Of a DNA stretch of 64,000 nucleotides, positions 10,701-22,700 are shown piece after piece. The DNA lies in assembly GCA_964106915.2 (NCBI GenBank), contig OZ066914.1; one strand, given 5' to 3'. The notes under the pieces are model-generated. The model was not told the DNA's origin. It saw only the letters and a list, made by a program, of their open reading frames with translations, and ran no database searches. This DNA comes from Podarcis gaigeae. Its lineage: Eukaryota. Positions within the stretch are counted from its first letter, which is position 1, and the number at the start of each line of letters is the position of its first letter. A program made the position numbers and the translations under genes.

Positions 10701-13700
10701 CTTATATTGCCTAAAATATGCAGATGGACGAACATAAACTTTTGGAAAATCTTTGGAAGATCTGAGAAAGCACTGTAGGGGTGCTGAGAAAATAATTTCT
10801 ATATCAACACAGTTTAAATGGCTGGAATTGTAAATTGTGCAGTTAAGCAAAATATATAGAATGTAGTCATCCATGTTTCATATTTAAACAACAGAAAATA
10901 TATATTTCACGGAGAACAGTTTTAACGTTAGAAATCTGTAGATTGCTTTTGTAATGAAAAGCAATTGTAAGTAATGTGTAAATAATACAGTATTTGATAA
11001 AAATATGTTGGTTGCAATTGTTAAAGCAATGTACCAGGTGCCTTTGGAGGTTAATAACTGCAATCAATTGGTTCATTGTAGCCATATATAAGGGAGGGGG
11101 TAATGTTCCCATGTAAACAATTCAGAAAATCAATGTGCATGTTTAGCACATTAACATCTCATTGATCTGGACAATGCGTGGTTCAAGGCCTGAGGTAAAA
11201 GTTTTGCAAGAGTTCAGTAGTTCGTAGTCATTGGTTGTGTGAGCAGATGGAAGGGTTGCGCACAGTGCTCTGACCAACTTTAACTCTTCAGCAGCTGGCT
11301 GCAACACAGCCAACACTGTTCAGGAGGGCCTCTGACCCTCCAAAGAGGCTTTTCATGAGGCTCAGTGGGCTGCAGTGGGGAGGGGAAAGATTGGTTGCAC
11401 AAGCTCCCTTCTGCTCACACAGTCATTAGATACAGAACAATGGGGTCCAAGTACAGTGGTACCTCGGGTTACATACGCTTCAGGTTACAGACTCTGCTAA
11501 CCCAGAAATATTACCTGGGGTTAAGAACTTTGCTTCAGGATGAGAACAGAAATCGTGCAGCAGCGGCGCAGCGGTGGCGGGAGGCCCCATTAGCTAAAGT
11601 GGTGCTTCAGGTTAAGAACAGTTTCAGGTTAAGAACAGACCTCCAGAACAAATTAAGTTCTTAACCCGAGGTACCACTGTATTGTCAATGTACATGCCAG
11701 AGAATGTGTTGTTCTGGTATTTGTACTCCAAGACAGGATGTTGAGAATCATGGTTGCAAAACAGCAGCAGCCAGTACAATGTTTTGTCCCCAAAGGGGAA
11801 TAAAAGGTTGCTACCATTTTGAATATCCAAATACCAGAAATATGGACCTGATAAAAGGAAGTGAAAGCTATTAAGCGTTGTACAAACCTTTGCATTTGTT
11901 TGCTCTTGGAAGGACTGTGAAATTAAGGAGGAAGGCAAAAGGCACTGTCTTACCCTCTACAACGTGCGCTTGGACCAGGCCGGTAGCGTAGACTTCCAAG
12001 CAGCCAATGCCAAATCAACTGCCAATCTTCGAGTAAAACGTAAGTGTCTTGCAAGTGTATCTGTAAGATCACTTGTCTTTTACATCAGTAACTGAGCTAA
12101 ACTGAAACAAGTTGAGAGTCAGAATGGGGCACTGACACGGGGACAAACAGAAGAAGACACCTTCACCCCGGTATGGCTCCCCTTTATCACATACACAGCC
12201 CAACAGGACAATGACAATAATCCACCAACAGCATACAAATCAATATGGCTAACTTGATCCAAAACACCCACCCACCTCACTCACACACGAAAACAAAGAT
12301 CACCACAGCCAATCACAAACAAACAATCACATCCTAGGCCAACCCCAACCTCTCTCACCACCAAAGGAACACAAGTGAACAACACAAGCACGCTGACACC
12401 AAACTACATACATTAAGCATAATAGAAACACCGCTACCCGACCCCACCCCCATCCATCTCCCCTCCCTCCACCCTCCTTTCTTTCTTTCTTTTTTTTTCT
12501 TTTCTTTTTTCTTCTCCCCCTAATGCCTCAACAAATGAAATGGATTTGTAAAAATGTTACACGGGGGGAAAAAATACGAGGCATTACACTTACACTGTAA
12601 AACAAGAAAACCCTTAATAAAATATTTATATATATATAAAAAAAGAATGGGGCATGTGATCTGTTGTTAATGGAACAGTAAATGAGAAGGAGAGACAGTT
12701 GGGTGAGCTTAAGTTGAGGAGTAGTTATTTGATATAGTTGTGTCACTTATTATTTCATTATAAAAACTTTTTATAAGTTAATGCTGATACTTTTAATTTA
12801 GTTTGTTTGTTTGTTTGTTTTTAGATCGTGCGATAGGTATTATATAAAGAATTTCAATTAGTTAATAAGAACAGGTTGTTAGACCACTGGAATTGCCCCT
12901 CCTTATTCCAGGATGATTGGCAAGGTAGCATAACGAGTTGTTACGAAATCTAAAATATTACAAACAGACTCTCTGCTGTGCTTGGCATTTGGGGTATAAG
13001 ATCTGAGAGATAACACCATGCTGACATTTGTGGAAAGTGCCATTAGCTTGATGGACAGGAACACCCTACACAGTTGGTGACCACTTGTCTCTCTATCCAA
13101 TTGTAGACCTTCCTATTTTGGAAGGCGCATGCCTTATCTAGCAAGAGGCATGCAGGGCTTGGCAAAGGAGACAGATGCAACGTAGCTTTCTTGCTGATCT
13201 TTTCATTTAAAAGGAACAGGCTCCGCAAATAGGGAATCTCCAGTGACCAGCCCTCCCCCTGAAAACCCCAAGGGCCCAGATCTAGCCAGGGAATTTAAAT
13301 AGCCTCTGTACATCATACTCCCTCTCTCTTGGGGAAAGGCACTATGGCAGTTAGTAAAAGGTCCAGGTGGCTAATCTGAAGATGTTTTCTTCATTCCGTC
13401 AAGCACGTGTAATTGGCCTGCTGAGGCCTCTGAAGGATGTAACTGTAACAGCTGGTGAAACGGCAAACTTTGAATGCGAACTCTCCTATGAGGGAATTGT
13501 AGTGGACTGGTTCTTGAAAGGACAGAAATTGGAGCCCAGTGACAAGGTATAGAAGACATTCTTTCTCTTCTCCCCTTTTTCCGTGTCAAACCCTATTTCT
13601 TTCCCTCTTTCTCTCCTACCCCTCCCTTTTGTGAAACTGACAGTGCAATCCTATACATACTTACCTGGAAGTAAGCCACTTTGAGCTCAATGGGGCTTGC

Positions 13701-16700
13701 TTCCGAGTAGAGATCCATAGGATTGCACTGTAAGGCGCTATTCTAAAATATCATTCAGAAAAATCAGTTCCTTCCACATGGTGGAAGATAAAAGTTTCCA
13801 AGGGAGAGGTGAAAGGGGTTGGGGAGGTTTTGTATCAGTGCTAACATAAAGGGATATGTAATATTTTGATATTAGTGAGGAAGTTTATGAATGTTTGCAT
13901 CTCCTGATTCTTTCCCTTCTCTGAATGTAGAGCTGGCATCTAGTTTCTGCATATAAGGGGATTAAGGAGATTGAAATTCCATTTCAGGCATTTGAGCAGG
14001 CTTCCAGATAACTTTCTCGGTAGATCTGCTCGCAGAGCATTTCTCACCAGCTATTTTTAACCCTTCATCAAGTGTGCTGTTAGCGCTGAGATGTGAACAG
14101 CCTGGAATGCAGTTCATTCAATATTTAAAATGTTTTAGCAGCAAGCCATATAGTAGTATAAGTAATCACATGCAGAAGTTGCATTCAGTGAAATATTATT
14201 TGGTGCATGCTTTTTTAGCTCCTCTGTTTAAGTCGTTAGAGTGTCTGTTAATGATAGGCTTACGCAGAGAATATTTGCAAAGGAAAACAGAAATATGCCT
14301 GCTAAAATAAGGCCTAGTTAGTGCAAGTTTGAAATTACCATAGCCAATTCAGCCTAATCAAAACATTAAATTTAAACTAGCATAGTGAGATTTAACTAAA
14401 TGGATAGATTAATACTTACTGTTCCCATGAAAAATATTTTAATGGTGAAGCATTAATAGATGCATCATAAATATTTCAACTTTTATTTCATATTAATAGT
14501 TAGCAAGATTTTATGTTTTGCTTCTGATTAACCCATCTACATCAGTTTAAATGGGCCTATGATAACACAAACAATGGTGTTTAGGGCACTCCTACCCCAG
14601 TCCAGTAAGGGACTATAATCCATGCAGAACCAGGTCTCTCCTGACTTCTCCCCAGCTGGACAGGGAAGCTATGATGAAAAGCTTCTTATACTAGTACTGT
14701 AGCTCCCCGTTTTGATTGATTTGGATTATATCAACCCTTTGAAGAAGTTTACAGTTCCAGCAATCAGCTGGTGGATTCAGTCTGCCGACTCCCACAAAAC
14801 TCTAGAGGCCTTTGGGGCTTGGCGGCTGATTCAGTACGAAGAGCCGAAATTGTAACAAGAAATCAGAGAGGCCCCAATGCATGCCCAGAGGTGCATGGGT
14901 GTATAACTGGGAGTCTTTGTTTACCAGCCTATTTAGACAGACATGTGCTAACACAAATGTTTGATATAAGGTTGCAACATGTTTTCTTACCAAATCTATT
15001 CTCCTGAACATTCTTTTTTTAAAAGATCGTGCCCCGTGCTGAAGGCAGAGTTCACACCCTTGTTCTAAGAGATGTGAAACTAACAGATGCTGGAGAAGTC
15101 AAACTGACTGCAAAGGATTTCAGAACTCAAGCAAATCTTTTTGTAAAAGGTAGGCTTCCTAAAGTAACAATTTATTCCATTAGCGGTATGCTAGAGGCTA
15201 CTGATCTGTGTTAGGCAAAGTGCATGATTGGGCCAATCTTTTTCTGCAGTACTTTTTACACATAAAATGCTGAAAAGAATTCTGGCCATAACTCAGTCTT
15301 TTAAAAAGATCAGAATGATAGCGAGCTTTTCAAACTCTTGGGAGGAAAAAATGATGCATGTAGCACCAACATGATTTGTGGGGGTTTCCCCCTCCCTGTC
15401 CTCAGAACCACCTGTTGAGTTTACTAAGCCTCTTGAGGACCAGACTGTAGAGGAGGAAGCTACTGCAGTTCTGGAGTGTGAAGTATCCAGAGAAAACGCA
15501 CCAGTGAAATGGTTCAAGAATGGCCAAGAAATCCACAAGACAAAGAAATATGATATAATTGCTGATGGCAGAGTCAGAAAACTTATCATTCACGGCTGCA
15601 CACTGGACGATGCTAAAACGTACACATGCGATTCTAAAGATTTCAAGACGTCTTGTTTCTTGAATGTTGAACGTAAGTTTTTCTCATAATTTCCTTATAA
15701 AGACATAAATACGTATTTGCATGATTCCAAAGGTCGGCATGTTGCAAATATATGGGTGGGTCAATCTCATGGTGCTGTAAAACAAGCAGACCTTTGACTT
15801 AAGTGGGTTGGGCTTTTTCTTTCATCCACAAAAGTGGGAACCTCTACTTTATCATAACTCTATTAGAATAAATTATTATAACTAAGGCCATTGCTACGAA
15901 TTGAGATTCACGGATAAGAAAAAAAGAGATCGTTTTCAAACTAGAAATTTTTTCTTCCTTATAGCACCTCATGTTGAGTTCACAAAGCCCCTTACGGATA
16001 TTGAAGTTAAAGAAAAAGAAGTTGCTCGGTTTGAATGTGAAATTTCCCGACCAAATGTTCAGGTCTGTAATGTTTGTGTCTCTTCATATTTGCCCTTGTC
16101 AATAGCTTTTGCACAGAATCTCACAGCATTTATTGCAGCCACCAGGAAACATTTTCTATTTTTCTAGTCACTAGGGCAGCCCAAAGCATTTAGAAGGTGG
16201 AAATTGTGTCTACTAATAGCTCAAACCAAAAGATGATCTAGGTTGTCTGCATCATTCAGTCCCACCTTCACTAGCTCCTTACTATAAATCTCCAGTTGCC
16301 AACATGGTGCCTGAACAGCTTCATCTTTTTCACCTCTAAAGATTTCCTTAGGTGCCCTCAAAGCCTCTGAGCACCCTTCCCACCCATCTGCTTTTCAAGG
16401 ATCAGATTGGCACCTGAGCAGCTTTCTTAGGGCTGCCACAACATGGAAATATGGATCTGAGGCATGGGTCCTTAAGGATTCTCATAGCCTGATTGTTCCC
16501 TCACGCCCACCCCCAGGGAACCCAACCCTTCATACCAGCCTGCCATTGGCCAATTCCGCAGGCTGACACTGAACATGATTTCAAGTTGTGAGTGTGAGCC
16601 GAAGCTCTCGCTCCGGCTGGGATCAGCCCACCACACCCTGTCCTGCATCGTTGACAGGTAGGGGGGGGGGGAGTGCTGGTTGTCCCACAAAGCTGCTGCC

Positions 16701-19700
16701 CTCCTAAAAGGGGCAGCAGACTTCCAGGACCTTAATAACAAAAACCAGTACTGACAATGAAAATAAAATACACCTATCTGAATGTACATTCTGTCTACAT
16801 ATATTACTTTGGTTATAGAGCCAAATAATATGCCCTTTCCAATAGGTGACTGGCACCATCGTCAATTTTTCTAATTCATCTCCACATGTGCAGCTTCCAA
16901 ATTGGAACAAACAATGGACCCAATACTCTCATGCTTACAGCTGATTTCTGGGTTTAGATGAAAAATAATTGCAATAAAATGTGCACCATTTGATATGTTC
17001 ATAGGGAATGCATCTATATTAACTGTGGAATATTGGTTTATGGTTTAGCTTAAAATGTCATCCAGGCATGCTTTAATCTAATACAGTCAGTAATTATATA
17101 TTTCAATTTCTCAGTTACTGCTTCAGTTGATATTGCAGTATCTCTTCTTTGCATTCTGTTCAACTTGGTTTTTATCACTATTTTAAATATAGGCACGGTG
17201 GTTTAGGGATGGTGTTGAAATCAGAAAAGGCAAGAAGTTTGACATCATTGCTAAAGGTGCCCAGAGAATACTTGTTATCAACAAATGTCTGCTTGATGAT
17301 GAGGCAGAATACGCCTGTGAAGCAAAAGGAGCCAGAACCTCTGGCATGCTGACAGTGATAGGTAAAGCTAAAATCAAGTTTGTTGCATTTACATGAAAGA
17401 GCAATGGCTTGGTCACTGTTGTGATCAAATGCAACTATTTTCTTCTTTTTTCTTTTTACAGAAGAGGAAGCTGTCTTTACCAAAAAACTTCCCAATGTGG
17501 AAGCAAGTGAAACAGACACTGTCAAATTGATTTGTGAAGTTTCCAAGCCCGATGCAGAAGTAACTTGGTTCAAAGGCGATGAGGAGTTGCCTGAAGGTGG
17601 TAGATATGAACAGATTGCTGATGGCCGGAAGAGAATTTTGGTCATCCACAATGCTAGTCTTGACGATGCAGCAGCATACACCTGCAAACTTCCTAGCAGT
17701 CAGACAACTGGCAAGCTGAAAGTTCATGGTAAGAAAACTACTTTGGAATTTTTCACAAGTGTTGCCAGGTGACATGTAGGGCTGGGCGCTATATTGATAT
17801 ATCACCCCAAACCGGTTTCTAGACGTCGTGATAACCATTTCAAAATAAATGACCCAGCAATATATCAAATCTGTGTGTGTGTGTGTGTGTGTGTGCTATG
17901 CAAAAATTCACAATACAGCCATACCTTGGAAGTCGAACGGAATCCGTTCTGGAAGTCCATTCGACTTCCAAAACGTTTGGAAACCAAAGTGTGGCTTCAG
18001 ATTGGCTGCGGAAGCCCGGCGGACGTTCAACTTCCAAAAATATTTGCAAACTGGAACACTCACTTCTGGGTTTGCAGCATTCGGAAGCCAAAACGTTTTA
18101 GAACTAAGCTGTTCAAAAACCAAGGTACGACTATATTTGAAAAACCAGAAAGTCAACCGGTGCTTCTGTGTCTCCTTGAGGTGAATGAACAGGCGCTCCT
18201 TCCTTCCTTCCTTCCTTCCTTCCTTCCTTCCTTCCTTCCTTCCTTCCTTCCTCCCTTCTGTGTGTTTGTGTGCGCATGTGCGCCTCAGCTGAGCAGTTTA
18301 AGGAAGCTCACTCCACATCCACCCCTCCAGCTTGAGCTGGAGCAGAATGGGAGCTTGCTCAGTTGTAGCGCTGGATGATGCATCTCAGCTGCTTCTTCAT
18401 CTTATTTACTCCTCCCTCCTTATTTCAGATATTGCGATATATCAGCATATTGTGGTATTTAGCTGGTGATACATCACAATGTTGAAAACCACATATCACC
18501 CAGCCCTAGTGACATGTGTGCAGCTGAGTAGGGTTGTTGACCCACTTCTTATTGACCGAATATGCACGGTTGTGTCCTCTATGCTAGGACATGGCCATGT
18601 CAAGTCAGTCTGAGACTTCTTTTGCTGACTGAAAATATTTTCGGTTATCAATTAGATGGGGGGGGGTGATCGATCTACTTATCCCCATATCAAAAACTAA
18701 AAAACAATATGCCCAACATCTTTTTCAGAACTTGCAGCAGAATTTATAACGAGGCCACAGAACGTTGAAGTACTTGAAGGAGAAAAAGCAGAATTTGTCT
18801 GCTCAGTATCCAAAGAAGCCTTTGATGTACAGTGGATAAGGGATGATACTGTTCTTGAAGCCAATGATAAGTATGACATAATTTCTGACGGCAAAAAGAG
18901 AGTCCTGGTCATTAAAGAGTCTGTTCTGGATGACGATGGAACTTATTCTGTCATGGTCGGTGCAGCCAAAGCAACAGCCCGCTTGACAGTGATCGGTAAG
19001 CTTTATGGGGCTTTCTCATACATTTGTGGGCATGCTTTTATTTCCTTTGTGAGGATGTAATTCACATCATCATCATAATATGCAAATTCAAATTGCAGAA
19101 AAACTCAGGATTGTCATCCCACTGAAGGACCAACAAGTAAGAGAGGGAGAAGAACTTGTATTTAACTGTGAGGTTAATACAGAAGGTGCCAAGGCGAAGT
19201 GGTACAAAGATGAAGAAGCAATATTCGACAGCGCAAAATACATCATGGTCCATAAGGATTTAGTTTACACTCTAAGAATTAGAGACGCCCATTTGAATGA
19301 CCAAGCAACCTACAACATAGTTCTGGCAAACAAGAGAGGAGAACAAGTAAAGAGCTCTGCTACTTTGACTGTGCTTGGTAAGTGTTTCCCCAGGGGTATT
19401 ATTCTAGAAAAAGAGTTTCCATGAATGCCTCCCTTGTTCTCTTATAATGGCAATGGTACCCACTTGAGAGGTGTGCCATTCCAGAGGGGAATGGCAGACT
19501 AAGATGTTGGGCAATGCCGAAATGGCAAAACTGACCGGAAAGCTTAGGAACCAAGAAGACCAAAAATTTCAATAAACAATGGGGGAAATTTATAATTTAT
19601 TTGGGAGACCCAAATAAAACATTAGCAGGACTGCAACAACACTTGTAAGGTAGCAAATATTATGGATAAAATGGAGAGACATAAAATATGGACTATGAGA

Positions 19701-22700
19701 TAATATGCAGTTGAAAAGGATAACAATAGGACCCATGGAAGGGATGGTGGGAGAGGGAGAGAGAGGTGCTGGAACTGATTTCTGGCTGGAAAAAAAGTCC
19801 TGGTGTTTTCTTATTCTAAGTGGCACAGGCTTTCACTCTTGCCAAATTACTGTTTGGATGAGGATGTAAATTAACAACACTTTTCAAACCACTTCTCTCT
19901 TAAACAGAGGAAGACCTCAGAATTATTGAGCCTCTTCAAGACATTGAAACCATGGAGAAGAAGTCTGTCACATTCTGGTGTAAGGTTAACCGCCTCAACG
20001 TAACCCTTCAGTGGACAAAGAATGGTGAAGAAGTCACCTTCGACCGCCGCATTTTGTACAAAGTGGATAAATACAAGCATTCACTTATCATTAAAAACTG
20101 TGGATTTATAGATGAAGGGGAGTACGTTGTTACTGCTGGCCAAGACAAGTCGGCTGCAGAGCTTATTATCACGGAGGCACCTGCAGATTTCATTGAGCAC
20201 TTGCAGGACCAGACAGTCACTGAATTTGATGATGCAGTCTTCAGTTGCCAGCTTTCCAAAGAGAAAGCAATGGTGAAGTGGTACAGAAACGGACGAGAAA
20301 TTAAAGAGGGCAAAAAGTAGGCGCAAGTGCTTTTAACTGGTTGGTGGTATACTATGGTTGCTGTCTGGATTCTTGCCTCTGAATTTAACACATAATCCTT
20401 TTTTTCTGTCTGCAATAAAGGTATCAGTTTGAAAAGGATGGAAATTTACACAGGTTAATCATAAAAGACTGCAGGCCAGAGGATGAATGCGAGTATTCCT
20501 GTGGTGTGGATGACAGGAGATCCAGAGCAAGACTTTTTGTGGAGGGTATGTTTACAATTTCTATTTCTCTTTCACCTTTCAATATTTTTTTTGTAAAAAA
20601 AAAAAGTATGTCAATGCAATCTAAATTTTATTCTTATTTTGACCAGAAATTCCTGTGGAGATTATCCGACCACCGCAAGATATTTATGAAGCCCCTGGCT
20701 CTGATGTCCTTTTCTTTGCTGAACTGAATAAAGATAAGGTGGAAGTCAAATGGTTGAGAAATAACATGATAATAGTCCAGGGAGATAAACACCAAATGAT
20801 GAGTGAAGGAAAAGTTCATAGGCTGCAAGTCTGTGAGATTAGGCCTCGCGATCAAGGAGAATATAGATTTATTGCCAAAGATAAAGAAGCTCGAGCTAAG
20901 CTAGAACTGGCAGGTAAGCCTCTGAATTTTTTTAACAATAAAATAATATTTATATGAGTAATGCAACATTTTAAATACTTTTTCTGGGTGTTAATTTCAG
21001 TGATTAACACACTACTAGTGGTAATAAAAAAGCTCTGTAACTGAGAACCTACAATCACGTTGAATGATTCTCACGTGTTTCTGTAGCCTTTATTATGCAG
21101 CTTTCTAATGTAGCTTCTGTGCATTTAGAAGTCAAAATGACCCAGCACAGATTAATTATCTTTGTATGTTGGAGGCAACAATAGTGCCCCAACTGACCAG
21201 AATGGAACAAAATGGTGTCTATACAACATTACTAATGGTTATGATTTTGGTTCTCCCTTCGCACCAAAGTTGCTTAAAAATCACAAAACAGCTCACTGCG
21301 CTGTTGTTTTCTGTTTCAGATTTTCTGTAACATATTTCATTGATATTTTTTTTTACTAGCTGCTCCAAGAATAAAGATAGCTGATCAGAACCTTGTGGTA
21401 GATGTTGGGCAGCCATTGACTATGGTGGTTCCATATGATGCCTACCCACGAGCAGAAGCTGAGTGGCTGAAGGGAGAAGAAGCCTTGCCCACTCTTACTG
21501 TTGATACAACACCTGAGAGTACCACCTTCAGAATTCACGAAGCAAAGACAACTGACAGAGGAAGTTACAAAATCATCCTTAAAAATAAGCATGGCCAAGC
21601 TGAAGCACACATCAATGTTCAAGTTATTGGTAAGCTCATCATTTCCTATGGCTAAGGGTTGTTGCTTTTCTGATGTAGAAGATGAAAGCATTGGTATATA
21701 ATGATGAGAGAAATAAGAAACTGCATCCACGAACCTCACTAAGTTGTTATTGTTTTATGAAACCCAAAGCAAATCCCAAATTCTTTTAAGTAAACATACT
21801 TTTGCTTTATTCCCAGATGTCCCTGGCCCAGTTAGAAACCTGGAAGTAACTGAGACATTTGATGGTGAAGTTAGCCTTGCCTGGGAGGAACCAGAAAGTG
21901 ATGGTGGTAGTAAAATCACTGGGTATGTTGTTGAAAGGCGTGATGTCAAACGAAAGACCTGGATTTTGGCAACAGATCGTGCCGACAGTTGTGAATACAC
22001 AGTGACTGGCCTTCAAAGGGGAGGCGTGGAGTACCTCTTCCGCGTGAGCGCGAGAAACAGAGTGGGCACCGGTGAGCCAGTCGAAACCGACAAACCTGTG
22101 GAAGCCAAGAGTAGATTTGGTAAGAAAATTGTTATTTGGAGACTAGAATTTGTTGAAGTTCTGTTGAATAGGAAAATAACTTTTTTTAAAAAAAAATCTT
22201 TTATGACCTTGCAGATGTCCCAGGACCTCCTCTCAATGTACAAGTTGTTGATGTGAACAGATTTGGTGCGTCTCTTACTTGGGAACCCCCAGATTATGAT
22301 GGAGGGTCTCCGATTACGGGCTATATCATTGAATTACGTGACAGAGCTTCGATCAAGTGGGAACCAGCCATGACCACAGGAGCACATGACTTAGCTGGAA
22401 CCTTAACTGATGTGGTGGAAAACAAAGAATACTTTTTCAGAGTCAGAGCTCAAAACCAGGTTGGAATTGGCAAACCTAGTGCTTCTACACATGCGGTGAA
22501 GATAATGGATCCAATTGGTTAGTATGCAGGCGATAAGAAAATATTTCTAGATAGTTATAATATCATTTGCTTATAAAATATGAAAACAGGAAAGACTTGA
22601 GTGAATCACTTGATATATCTCAAACAAAAGTCTAGTGTTTATTATTCAGTTTCATAGAAACCATTATATATGTTGTTTTGAGAAACAGAAAATGTGTCAG

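Noticed and set aside
13175-13210. ATG at 13175 ([11 protein letters not shown]) as the internal isoform start
   Set aside because: Hits TAA after 11 codons, has no good donor before the stop, and lies upstream of the TATA-like element.
17794-18378. 194-aa ORF and overlapping ORFs
   Set aside because: Entirely within nested MITEs and microsatellites (CV and PSFL repeats).
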